NCBI GenBank assembly: GCA_030295235.1
Contig: AP026125.1
Location: 1,178,001 to 1,242,000 of the forward strand
Direction: 5' to 3'
Length of the DNA: 64,000 bases
Origin: Fistulifera solaris
Lineage: Eukaryota
Shown: in pieces, positions 38,967 through 51,169 of the stretch
Layout of the letters: every line of letters begins with the position of its first letter
Numbering within the stretch: position 1 is the stretch's first letter
Program-made: the position numbers and the translations under genes
Notes under the pieces: model-generated
What the model saw: only the letters and a program-made list of their open reading frames with translations
Told to the model about the DNA's origin: nothing
The model's database searches: none

Positions 38967-40735
38967 TTAAAAGCCATCGAATTCCTTCGATAAGCCGCCT
39001 GTGACTGCCTTGGCCTTGTCTTTGTCGCGGATAGTGCGGGCTTCTTCCCGCGAAAAGTAGTTAAGACCTTCCTTGGACGCCTTTTCTCCTTCGGCGTAGT
39101 ATTCCATCTCAGCAGGCCCTTCATCGACGGCGTCTTCTTTATCTGGACCGTCGTCCAGCGCAAGGCCGTCCAAAAGTTCGTCCAGCTTGACTCTTTGATC
39201 GTCTTCGTCGTCTTCGTCCTGGTCACCAAGTCCACCTTCTTCCATTTCCTCGGAGGCAAGCTTCTTTGTGAACTCATTCTTGTACAAATTCATATTCATT
39301 CGCATGTCCTTGTCCGCTTCAACTTCCTGCATAAAGTCCTCCTCGTCCATTTCATCATTAGCGGCGGCATTCTTGGCGCCCCGAGCGTGAGGATTTGCTT
39401 CAGCGACATCAACGTCCAATCGCTGTAACCGCCAAATTCTTCGCTTGTTTGCGTTGGCTTCGCCAGTCGCAGCTCCACCGTATAACTTGCGGATGACAAC
39501 AACGTCCGGTAGCTTCCCTTGACTTCGGACACTTTCGGCTTCATCGTCCACAAACTGTGTTTCCTTGAGATCGTAGCCAACGCAGACGTCCCCAGATTTG
39601 AGCAAGTAACCAACGTGCGATTGTTCTTCTACTTGAGAATCGTTCATACCGAGATCATCTTCCCGTGCCATGGTCAATACTGCAAGTCGTGTCTTCATTT
39701 TGCGACTGGTAGAACGCTTAGAGACATTCTTGCGCAAGAAGACGGGTTCTTTTCCCAAAACTACGTATCGAGTCATTCGCGAGCGCGCCGCTGTGATCAA
39801 CGGCCGGATGGGATCGCGCCAGTACGCGTCATTCGTCATCGAAGCAGTCTGACCGGTGAGAGGGTCGATAAAGTGAATCAAATTGGAAATGTTCTTGACG
39901 AGAACCAGTTGAGAGATGTTTCCCAGGTTACGTGCTGTCTTGGCTGGTAGGAAGCACAAATCGTCCTTACACAAGGGACAAATCTCAACCAGATTTGTAT
40001 ATTTGAAGTTCGAAATGTTCGATTTGTCATCCGTTCCTATCAGTTTTTAGAGGTTTTGATCTTGACTGGGCAAACATTCTCAAGAAAGGAAATAAAGCGA
40101 GCTGCTTTCGATTTGTCGGGAAAGTAAAAGTCCATTCCATCGCGAAAAGTTTCAATGCTGAGACAACCGCGATGAGCTCCGTGCTTAAGAATGAGCTGTT
40201 CTAAGTACAGGAACGTTCTTTTGTGGCTCACACGTTGTCGAACCTGAACCAACGATTTCCAAGAACCTTGTCGAAACTCCGCTTGACACTCGATGCATTG
40301 TTGGTTCCTGACAATAAATACAACTGTGAAACTCTGTTGCAATATAGTCCCAGCGTGCACTTCCCTTTGCACTGTCAATCTGACTTTAAGTCTCATGGAA
40401 TGTGGCTCCGTCCAGATCCAACTAGCGTCCACCAGACGGACTTTCTCACCACCTTTTGAAGAGCGCAAGCCACTGACATGACCAAGACAGATGGACATGA
40501 GCTCCCGACTCTCCAGCTCACAGGCGATCCACTTCCCAGCTTCCTTGTGCCATCTTTGGCATCCACGACACTGATGCAGCGTCGCTTCCGTACTAATGCC
40601 TCGCGTAATGTCAGACGTACTCGCCAAACAAGTCGCGCATGTATTGGTCGGGTTCGGCGCAATGGGAACTCCGCACATGCAGCAAAGCACCATCATTGCC
40701 GTGGCAGTTGGTTTCTGCGCAGCCATTACTTCCAT
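38967..40735 (-). CDS. NMD3: 60S ribosomal export protein NMD3 (frameshift ~40045)
   Basis: CCMCGVPI..N..CATC, LESRELMSICL, WTEPHSMRLKV, QVRQRVSHKRTFLYLEQLILKH and PLCKDDL. Confidence 0.95.
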
Positions 40736-41586
40736 GATAGCAATACTCTTTCTACAACAAAGAGAGCAGGCAAAGACTTCTCAAAAGTTGCACGACGTTA
40801 TTCTTTTGTTCTTCGAGCAGAAAAAAAGTGGGCTTGTTTCTCGTTTCTTGAATGGAGCCGATGATAAACTCATAACCTAACCGTATGATGACAGACAAGT
40901 AGTTATCTCGCATTTATGTTTAAGGTTACCAATCCCTTACTACACTATTACACTATACTACGGAATTCAACATTCAACCCATTGGAATTACTGCTGAAGA
41001 TAAAAGATAACATCTATTATTTGAAACATCTTATGCTCATTTTTCTTTTAACAAACGAAAGATGTCAGCAGGGACTCGTTATATCATGTCTGTTTGTGCA
41101 ACTTCCCAATTCATGACTGAAAGGTAGTCGTGGCAAAGTATGCTACACTTTAGTTGATACTTAACATGGGTTTAATGATCCTCGATGCTTTTCGAAGCCA
41201 CCCAAAAGCGTAAGGCGTGTATTACAAATACTGCTTAATACCACTACTTTACGCGAAACAATTTTAGTTTTCAAAGCTTTCAAAATGCACGGAAGATTAG
41301 TCAGCAAGAACTCAAAATCAATGGAAGTATGTGTCAGTTGAGTCAATTAGCGAACTTTTCTACATCTAGAACTGTGTGCTTTGCAATTGAGGCTCGACAG
41401 ATAGCTAAGTTTGTGCTATGCAATAGCAAGGCTTTTACAGAAGGAAATAAATGAGCACGGGCGACATACATTGGTCGTTCAATGAGTTAAATGATGTCGG
41501 TTCAGTCCTTGTGCACCTGAACAGCCGCTAATACCTACAGAACTGGTTTCTCAGAAAACGATACAGAGGAGGAGCCTTTACAGCGC

Positions 41587-42420
41587 TTACTTGATCGCAT
41601 CTTTTCCGAGAAGATTTACGCACTTTGTCAGGTCTTTTAAAGCCTCGTTTGCAGCTCCTGCTTCTCTTTCAGCGTCCAACATCAACTGGCAAAACTGGAG
41701 CGGAGTCACATTGTCCGCTCCGACACTTTTTCTCGGCTGAGTATGCAATCGAAATCTCCCAGAAGAGCGAAGTTCGCGTGAGGCTCCCTTGGACAATAAG
41801 TACTTCACGACAGATGGCATAGCTCGCACTGCCGCGACACACAGAGCAGTTTGTCGTGAATGTTGAGATTCGTCGCTGGAAATGTTCACCAATGCTCCAA
41901 ATTCGTCCACTAGTGTTTGCACACATGCCAGAATTGTAGCCTCCTTTACTTTACGAGCACGACACACTTCCACGAGATAGAGACCGCCCGATGAGACCGT
42001 TTTGTTGATCCGTAACGTTGGTCCGAAGTCGAGAATAAGACGGCGCAGTCGTGATTTCGAGAGCTTTTTCTCGGCTGTCGCCCCGCTGCTTAGTTCCGAA
42101 AGATAATAAAAAACTATTTCCGTATTGTCCTGCATAAGGCGATGCGCATCTTGGACACGATAAAAGGCAGAACGCCGTAATCGCTTGGGTATTCTTCGTG
42201 CCCTGTCCTCCTCTTTTGCAGTACCATAGTCTTGTTGCAGAAGAATTTCCCATAGTTGCCGGTCGTCCTTCTTCAGTAATTCGTTCTGCGCTGCCTTGCA
42301 TAGACAAGCTATATGACAGATAGAGCCAGCGCGATGTGTGGGTGGTGCGAGATAAGTGAGAACGTGAAAGAGCAAAACGTCCGGAAGTTCCCAAACATAA
42401 AGGCCTCGTTGCTCGTTCAT
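41587..42420 (-). CDS. F-box-like protein with C-terminal ankyrin repeat(s)
   Basis: ELPDVLLFHVLTYL (F-box-like); QTALCVAA...VVKYLLSKGA (ankyrin). Confidence 0.6.
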   Translation of the reverse strand: MNEQRGLYVWELPDVLLFHVLTYLAPPTHRAGSICHIACLCKAAQNELLKKDDRQLWEILLQQDYGTAKEEDRARRIPKRLRRSAFYRVQDAHRLMQDNTEIVFYYLSELSSGATAEKKLSKSRLRRLILDFGPTLRINKTVSSGGLYLVEVCRARKVKEATILACVQTLVDEFGALVNISSDESQHSRQTALCVAAVRAMPSVVKYLLSKGASRELRSSGRFRLHTQPRKSVGADNVTPLQFCQLMLDAEREAGAANEALKDLTKCVNLLGKDAIK

Positions 42421-42767
42421 CTTAGTCGTAAAACAAGGCCGCGCGGCAAAACAGAAAGACTTTGTTGAGTCGTTTGCTTTTATCAAAGCGTAATTGATAG
42501 GCTGCTAACTTATCAACAATGGGGGTATGGAGATCATCGTCTATTGTCGTCTTTCGTCTTATTCGTCCTTTTTTTTACGGAGTAGAAGAAGTCGTCTTAG
42601 TCCCGGAAATTGGAGAAGATGCTTTAGTCACGAACTCCAAGTTACGTCATCCGATTCGCCTTTTTATTAAGTACTCCGTATCATATAGAAACTAGACCTA
42701 CGTAGATTAGAACCTTATCATATAAAGCTTGCTGTCGAGCAGAAAGGAGATTCTAATGAATAATTGC

Positions 42768-43383
42768 TTACGCTGGATTAATCATGGATCCACCCGGCCG
42801 TAGACCACCGACACCAGAAGGGAATGGTCCTCTTACATCCGGATCTATTCCCTGATATTCCATTGTTTCACGATCTCCGTTAAAGTCGGGAGCTTTCTTG
42901 TCTTTTTTGAAACAGTAGCTCACCGGTGATGTCATCGTATACATTCTCATAATCCAGCAACGCGTCCATATTCTCGACACGAACTTCCATTATTTCGGGC
43001 ATGCAAGCGTTCAACCACATGGCCGCACGACCAAGCACTGTTTCTCTGCGATGCCAAAAACGCCCCGATAGACTTAGGATTACCTCCGGGCCGTCAATAT
43101 CCACAAAGGCAATACTTCCGGTAATGCCGACCGATGCCGGCATGTCGTGGACACCGAACATTTGTTTCCCATAGTCGGACTCGACGAATAAATCTAACAT
43201 TTCTCGAACGTTCTCTTCAGATAGTTCCCGTGTCGGTACGACGGCATCGCTACGCCAATCATCGTAAATATTGGCAGAAGCAACCAACGATCGTTGACAG
43301 CAAGTTGTGACGACGAATGAATGCAGTTGTCGAGGATAGCAACAGAAATAAACAAAAATGAAGCCTCTTGGCCAGATCGACAT
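42768..43383 (-). CDS. Plastid-targeted NifU-C-terminal-like protein lacking CxxC (frameshift ~42900)
   Basis: Signal peptide plus LSEENVREML, GITGSIAFVDIDGPEVILSLSGRFWH and MPEIMEV, resembling a degenerate NFU domain. Confidence 0.5.
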
Positions 43384-43583
43384 TATAATCGTTCCTCAAT
43401 AGCTACTTCTTTACGGTCCGTGTAGAACCAGACTTTCGACAGAACAGCAATCAATGGTTGAAGATCATCAAAATAAAGCGGCACGGCATTCAGAAAAGTG
43501 CGAAAAAGGTAATATACTATATGTGCTATAGTCGATTGTTTGTTGACGTCACACACGCACAAAATGGTCTGCGCATCACCCGT

Positions 43584-44093
43584 TGTTGAAATTTCTACCG
43601 CGGTCTGTAACTGCTCTCGGCTATCGGGGACTCCACACACCCCAGACAAAAGACTATTGAAACAACGAACTTTTGCTCCAAACACTCGTTTACAGAATTA
43701 TGACGATTTCCTACGATTACTTTCGCTTTCCTCTTTTCACTGGTCTCCGATCTGATCTTGATCTGATCATGATCCGATCTTGCCAAGTCCATTTCTCCAA
43801 TAACAACTTTAGGATAAAATAGCCCTTTCTGCCAATCCACCAGATTCTCCATTATTGCATGTTCCTTAGCAACTAGCAACAGTCATCGTCCATAATTGCA
43901 TACTGGATTCTTCCGTGATCCCAAATCCCCAAACATATAGTTCGAAACACTTCCGAGACTCCTTTCACGAGTAGAATGCTTTCCCAATAAACTAGGCGGT
44001 CATTTCGAACCATTCCGACATCCGATGACGTGTCAACTCATGACTGAATAAATCTTTCAGTCCGACACTCAACCTCGACCTCGCTCTTTGACA
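43584..44093 (-). repeat. 3' LTR of the copia element (510 bp); purine-rich PPT GGGAGGA abuts it at 44094-44100 on the minus strand
   Basis: tgttgaaatttctacc...ctttgaca; by eye identical to 48451-48959 except for one extra T. Confidence 0.95.
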
Positions 44094-47000
44094 TCCTCCC
44101 TGTCGGCTGCTAAGATTAACTGCGTCATGAGTCCTTCTCTAACAACAGGCACCAAAAGATCATGGATTTTCTCTGTCACATTCTTGGTTTCCAGATCTGC
44201 AATATTCCTTTCCGATCGAATAAACTTCACAACCAGCCTGGCTTCTTCCTTCTCCGTTGCAGCCATCATCTCCCTTATAAAATGCATTCGAATATCAATG
44301 TGTTTCGTCCTATTCCCCACAACTTGGTTTTCCATCAAGAAGATTGCGCCCGTGTTATCTTCAAACAAGGTAGCCGGTCGAATCTTCACCTTCGGAAACA
44401 ATTCTTCGAATAACATCTGCAAAAACTTGATGTCCGTCGCACACGTAGATGCCGCATAATATTCCGCCTCCGTACTTGACAGTGTCACCGCCGGTTGCAA
44501 CTTGCTTGAAAAGCCACACAAACAACCTCCAATGGTAACAAAGTAGCCAGTAACACTTTTCCGCTGACTCCTTGTTCGTAGCAAAGTTTGAATCCACCCA
44601 TGCGTAAACCTTCAAATTAACAGGCTCGCGCAACTTCAGATGAACGTCCGTACTCTCGAGATAGCCAACCAATCTCTTCATCGCTCTCCAATGTTCTTCG
44701 CCTGGCGAATCCATAAACATTGCAAGCTCCCTGACTGCATTTCCACATTCCGGAGCTACTTTCCGCACCAGCCACATGAGACGTCCGAGAAACTTCCGAT
44801 ACTGATCCTTATTAACTGGATCGCCTTCGTTCTTCACAAGCGATTCCCCTGGATAGCCCGGTGTCTTCTCAGCTTTCAACGGTCCAATCAGCTCCTTCCA
44901 ATCCTTTACTATCTCGTCTTTGTACTCATCCATTCGCACTTCGTAGAACTCTCCTGCTTCATCCGATTTTCTCTCGTACCAAACTCCCAAGTGTTTCTGA
45001 ATCGGGCCCATTTCGGTAATGTTGAAGCGCTTCTTGATCTCTCTCTTGAACCAATTGATTTCTTCTTGGGGACCGGCAAGGATACAATCATCGACATACA
45101 CCACAATGATTAGTACTGTCTCGCCGTTCACCACTTTAAACCAGACACACGGATCCGCAGCACTCTGAATAAGCCCCAGCTTCCTCAATTGGGCACAGTA
45201 GAGCATGAAGTACTCTCGTGGACTCTGGACCAAACCGTACATCGCCCTCTCCAATAGGATGATGTAGTCAATTAACTCTTCATGCGTGATGTACCCAAAC
45301 TCATATAGCCCAAAGGGCCATTCAAGATACACCTCCTCTCTCAACTTCGCTTCTAGAAACGCAGCCTCAACGTCAATAACTTCAGTGACCCACATCTTCT
45401 TCCACATGTAAAGTACCACTGCCAAAACCATTCGAACCGACATGTCCGATGCAACAGGTGAATGCGAAGAGTGAAGTCCACACCAGGGATTTGAACAAAC
45501 CCCCCAGCGCACAAGTCCGAGCTTTGAAACGAATTCCCGTTGCCTCTTTCTTCTTTTTGAAAATCCACTTCGGCGTAACAGGCTTCCGTCCTCTCTCCTT
45601 CATCTGCTTTCTAGGAACCATCTTCCAAGCATCTCTTTTAATGAAATTTTCAATCTCCTTCTTCATTGCCTCTTTCCACTTGTCTGCATCCGGACCAACC
45701 AAGGCTTCCTTGTAAGTTTTCGGCGCACCAGGATCCGACGCCAACTCCGTATTCAAAACGTAGTGAAAATAACCTTCCGACACATCGATTGTATTGATCT
45801 CTCCTTTGGCGTTCATTGTTGGATTATATGAAGTGTCCAGCCTTGCCATTTCTCTATTCAGTCTTTTCATCGTCGATTGCGTCTCTTTCCGTTGATTCGG
45901 TGCTGGAGTATTGTCCGCCGTAGCCTCGGGTACCAGAGCTTCCGTAGGACCTTCCACAGCCACTTCGACAACTTCCTCTGCCGCTTTCTCTTCCACAACT
46001 TTCCTCCCTGCTCCAGCATCGACATCTTCGAGCATCACCGGTTTGATTGCGACTTCCTCCCCAATTTGGTCATCCTTTAAGTCGACTTCCATTCCAGCTG
46101 CAAACATCCTTAACTCTGATGCAACTGAAGCACTCGATCCATGCCAGTCTGCCCAAGTGACGTCACGTGAGAGAATGACAATATTTTCATCCGGCTTGTA
46201 AACACGATACGTATCGCCCGCATGCGAATCCGCGTACCCAACCATCACGCATTTCACTGACTTCTTCTCCAACTTGGGCTGTTTGTTTCGTAAAGTCACA
46301 TATCCGATCCGCCCCCACTGAACCAAGTGTTTCAGTATCTTAGGATGCTCGCCGTACCACGCATAATCAGGGCTCGATTCCACATTCCGATTCGGGACAG
46401 CGTTATCCAACTTCGTTGCCGTGTGAACAGCCTCGGGCCATAACTTTCCTTGATGCTCATCCGACAACTTCGCCGCCAACATCATCGCAAGGGCCTTATC
46501 GCGAATTGTCGTGAACTTCCTCTCAACAACACCGTTCATCTGCGGAGTATGCGGGGCAGTAAACTCCATAGTTATGCCCCTCGCCTCACAGATCTCCTTG
46601 AATGTTCCGTTCTCGCCTGCATTATCACACCGAATGTACTTTACGATTACGTTCGGATCTCCTTTCAAGCGATCAAGAAATAGCGTCATGACTTTGCCAA
46701 TCATCGACTTCTTTGTAACGAAGTAACTCCAAGCTTTGCGCGTGTAATCATCCACCAATAAGATCCAGTAGCAACTCTGTCCCAACGATTTCTTGTAGGG
46801 CCCACTCGTGTCCACGTAGAATCGTTCTCCTTTCGCCGTTGCTTTGATAGCCGTCGACTTGCACACCGCCTTTGCTTTCGCCTTCGCATACGCGCACGCC
46901 TCGCATGTCTCCTTGGTTCCAGTTAACTCGATTCCCAACTGTTTCATGAGACTCTTCAAAGGAATGTCGCTTGCGTGTCCGTACATATCGTGCGCAGCAT

Positions 47001-48402
47001 TTATGTCCATCTTCACTTTGGTCTCCACCGCATGGACATCTGACTTAACAACGCTAGCCTTCAAGTAGTATAACCCATAGTGTGACTGAGGTACCGTCAA
47101 CACACTCTTTCCGGAGGGGTCAGTGATCTTCATCGCACAACTGGTTATCTCAATCTTGCACCCTTGCTTCACTAAAGCCCCAGTACTGATAATATTCTTC
47201 GCGAACGTCGGCGCCACCTTGACTTCACTCAACTTCATAGTACCACCCACAGTAGCGAGCATGAGTGTACCCTTCTTGTGTACTTGGACTTCCTTTCCGT
47301 CACCGACGACCAAATACTCCTTCGTCGAAATAACATCGCTCAAAATCGTTTCATCCACAACAACATGGCACGTCGCTCCACTGTCGAGAAGGAACCTTTC
47401 CTTGTCTTTGACTCTCGACACTTCGACCGCGCCAACTTGATGAACGACGCCACAGAACTCTTCGCCGCCTTTGCCGACCTCATAGCACATGCCGACGAAC
47501 ATGTTCAGGTCCTTGTTCTCCGGCTTCGGATCCTTGCCGTTCGACTTGTCCGGACACTCGCGAGAGAAATGGCCTTCCTTGCCACAGTTGAAGCAGACTT
47601 TCTTCTTGTCGCTCTTGCACTCCACTGCCTTGTGTCCTTGTTTGCCGCAGTTGCGGCACTTTCCTTGAACTTCTTCTTAAAACCACCCTTGCCCTTTTCG
47701 ACGTTTAATGCTAAATTTTTATTTTCTTTTTTGTCTTTTTTCTTTTTCTTCGTTTTCTTCATCGTTCTTGGGCTTGAAACAGCGCTTCCACTTGTTCCGG
47801 ATCTCCTTCTCGAGGTCTTCAATCGAGGTCTCGTTGATCTTTCCGCTCAACTTCGTGATCACATCCGAATACTCGTCAGGAAGGTTGGCCAAGTAGTGGG
47901 CCTTCAAAACGAAACTTGGCTTCACATACTGCGATCCGATTGTCTTCAAACGGTTCTGCAACCGATCGCACTCCAGGAAGAACTTGTCAGGGTCATCTTC
48001 CTTCGACGCCAACTTGCACCGTCCGAACTCCGCCAACACTTCCGCCAAATCTTCCTCGCTGTTCCGGGCGTACTTAGCATCCAAAAGCTTGAATGCGTCT
48101 CTCGCATCGCCATCCGCTCTCTTGACAAGACCCAAAGGAACGCCTTCGCACGCAATCACCAACAAATCGATGATCTCGAGATTGCTTCGATACAACTCCT
48201 TGTCCTTCGCCGTCGCCGTCGCTCCCATCGCAACTTCCTTCGTGGGGATCTCGGCCTTCAGGTCATCGAACACACTCGTCCAACCTCTCTTCGTGATCAA
48301 CGACATCGTCTTGAACTTCCAGTCATCGTACGACTTCTCAGCGACCTTGTCGTCCAACGGGTAGAAGGTCAAAGCCCTCATCTTCTCTCCCTCGTCGGTC
48401 AT
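44069..48402 (-). CDS. Copia Gag-Pol polyprotein, broken by several single-base frameshifts
   Basis: ORFs 47719-48402 (gag), 45382-47625 (CCHC, PR, IN), 44361-45512 (RT) and 44069-44584 (RNase H); the stop codon lies inside the 3' LTR. Confidence 0.9.
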
Positions 48403-48450
48403 CTTGTCTTGTCTCGTAAACTTTTTTTCTCAACGCCACGCTTATAAGCG

Positions 48451-48959
48451 TGTTGAAATTCTACCGCGGTCTGTAACTGCTCTCGGCTATCGGGGACTCC
48501 ACACACCCCAGACAAAAGACTATTGAAACAACGAACTTTTGCTCCAAACACTCGTTTACAGAATTATGACGATTTCCTACGATTACTTTCGCTTTCCTCT
48601 TTTCACTGGTCTCCGATCTGATCTTGATCTGATCATGATCCGATCTTGCCAAGTCCATTTCTCCAATAACAACTTTAGGATAAAATAGCCCTTTCTGCCA
48701 ATCCACCAGATTCTCCATTATTGCATGTTCCTTAGCAACTAGCAACAGTCATCGTCCATAATTGCATACTGGATTCTTCCGTGATCCCAAATCCCCAAAC
48801 ATATAGTTCGAAACACTTCCGAGACTCCTTTCACGAGTAGAATGCTTTCCCAATAAACTAGGCGGTCATTTCGAACCATTCCGACATCCGATGACGTGTC
48901 AACTCATGACTGAATAAATCTTTCAGTCCGACACTCAACCTCGACCTCGCTCTTTGACA
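48451..48959 (-). repeat. 5' LTR of the copia element (509 bp)
   Basis: tgttgaaattctacc...ctttgaca, followed by the TSD acccgt. Confidence 0.95.
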
Positions 48960-48996
48960 ACCCGTCGCGCCACAAAAAATGGCGCGAAATAGAAAG

Positions 48997-49065
48997 GACG
49001 TTAAAATTCTGCCTCTCAGTACAAGCTTCTACGTAGGGCCTACGGCGAGGCAGAATTTTAACGTC
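48997..49065. repeat. Perfect 19-bp inverted repeat with 31-nt spacer
   Basis: GACGTTAAAATTCTGCCTC (48997-49015) and GAGGCAGAATTTTAACGTC (49047-49065). Confidence 0.85.
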
Positions 49066-49242
49066 GTTTCAAGAGCTTCGAAAAAATGAGACGGCGGGGC
49101 CTTTTGTGACGATGATAGACACTTTCTTTTGTAAAGGGTGGCTATGGCAAGTACAAGCCTAGCGTTGCTATTGATATCGCTTTTTAACCAACATAGAAAG
49201 ATACAGCAAGCTCTTTTGTAAAATAAAAGTGACTACTGCAGA

Positions 49243-49787
49243 ATGAATCAAATGAATGTTTCCCGGCAGTCGACGATATCTCAAAAACGTCCCGCTATGC
49301 ATTTGGTCATCACCAATATCTCCAAAAGGAACAACATCCGATCCCTCCTTCAATCTGCAGCTTCCTTTGGTTGCGCGAGTGTTCTGGTGGTGGGACAAAA
49401 ATGTTTGATTTTAGTGTCGACGGCAAGGATATGCCAGACTCAGTAGTGTCTCTCGTGACTTCGGGCCGTATGGCGATTCAGACATTTTCGAAATGGGAGG
49501 ACTGTGTTAACTATCTCCATCAAAACAAAATCCGTCTTGTCGGAGTGGAGATCCACGAAGACGCACAGCTGATCGAAAAGTTCTTTGACTATGAAGATAC
49601 AGCGTTCCTCATGGGAAATGAAGGACAGGGTATCTTGGAGAAGCATATGAAGTCATGCGATGCGTTTGTTCGAATACCGCAATATGGACAGGGGACGGCG
49701 AGTCTCAATGTTTATGTGGCCGCTAGTATTGTATTGCATCGTTACCATCACTGGCAGCGTACTACGACGTTCTCACCTGGAGAGTAG
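49243..49787 (+). CDS. SpoU/TrmH-family RNA 2'-O-methyltransferase (frameshift ~49400)
   Basis: NISKRNNIRSLLQSAASFG, LVGVE, FLMGNEGQG and VRIPQYG.GTASLNVYVAASIVL SPOUT motifs. Confidence 0.9.
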
Positions 49788-51169
49788 ATCGACTTCGATC
49801 TTGCCTTTTTCATGCCCTGCAGACGGAGCCTGGTCATTCCGGTCAGATTATCCAGAAAACTAGTGAGACACTCAACGTGCAAGCCATGAAGGCTGCCAGA
49901 CGAGTCTACGCGTTTGACGCACTTATATGAAAGGACAAGTCATCGACGAATCATAACTAAGTCTAACGTAAGTACAGCTGCCTAGTCGCTACCTGTTCCC
50001 AACATGAGATTTACAGAACGCATACCTGACGAGTCCTTACAATTCTGCTTCACTTCGTACACGATTGCAGCTGTTGGCGCAGTGATGAAGCATGTATTTG
50101 GGATTAATGTCGCATTCGCCTTCGTCGATTCGAGAGAAAATAATCGCATTAAGTAAGGCAGGTCAGCGGAAAAGTTTGAAGAAAGCTCTCCAACTTACCT
50201 CGTTGTGCCCTATACGATGTATGAACCATTTACGGAAGCACAAGTTAGAATGCTAATCACCTCGTGTAAAGTAAGGCTACCTAATTCGGCAGAATGTAAT
50301 ACGTACCATTCGAGACATTTCGAGTGGTTGTCGGTTGTCAAGCATGCTGTCTGGCAGTGTTGATGCATGTAGCCTGGATTCGTCTGTTAGTATATCACAA
50401 GTTATATCCAAAATCATGATAAAATAGTTAGTTCGCCTCTATGCATCATCGCACAAAAAGTTTGAGTTAAGTCGGACTCACTTCACATTCGCCTTGACTA
50501 GCCTGTTTTATTCGAAGCAAGCGAGCAATTAGGTGAGATTATGGAACGAAGACTTCGAAAGCGACCAGGAAGTAAAAATCGTACCCAAAGAACACACTTG
50601 GAATGATTGTCTTTCAGTAACTCTTTTTTGGCCTGGACAGCCGCTAACGCGAGCCAAACGAACAAAAGCTGCTTCCAGAGAGATCATGGGTACGGTATGT
50701 AGGAGGGGGTGCTATGAGCTGTTTGCCAAGATCCTTATCGATTAAATTGCTTGACGTCGTGTTGTGATGACCGCTCGAAAAGTTCATGAAAATCCAAAAG
50801 ACCGTCTCAAATACGGAGTACTACGTAATGTGCACCTCTTTTGAGTGTAAAATGCAGAGTACCCATTTGGGTTTCTTTATCGTAACATGAAACGTCCCAA
50901 AGATTTTCTATTCTAAAGTACAGAGACCTACCGGTACTTGATACTCTTAAGTGTTGAAGCGGTGCAGTTTCATCAACGCTTCGCGATTTTTCTCGCACGG
51001 AGCACGGAGTCGTTTGAAAACGCATTCGCTGTCGCTGCTCATCTCAACAACGTCTTCATCATTGCGTCTTCAATCGAAGTCTGTATTTACTTCTGCATGC
51101 ATTGAAACGCAAAACAATTGTAGATTCTGATACTTTATTTCGATATCTCTAGTTTTGTCGACAATTATC

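Larger units (their letters stand above)
43584..48959 (-). mobile_element. Full-length Ty1/copia LTR retrotransposon (CoDi-like)
   Basis: Two ~510-bp near-identical LTRs with TG...CA termini; flanking direct repeat ACCCGT; domain order Gag, CCHC x2, PR (LLDSGAT), HH-CC, DDE integrase, RT (YVDD), RNase H (SSTEAEY, RTKHIDIR). Confidence 0.97.

Noticed and set aside
43595..43879. Identical 94-aa ORFs at 43595 and 48461
   Set aside because: They lie within the two LTRs and have no protein-like features; identity simply reflects LTR duplication.
47655..47760. Programmed gag-pol frameshift in the A-rich tract
   Set aside because: The breaks fall upstream of the Gag zinc knuckles in homopolymer-rich sequence, like the errors throughout the window; they cannot be distinguished from sequencing error.
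47278..48447. 389-aa antisense ORF over the copia gag
   Set aside because: Best explained as a shadow ORF from the codon bias of gag; no motifs, and it crosses likely indel errors.
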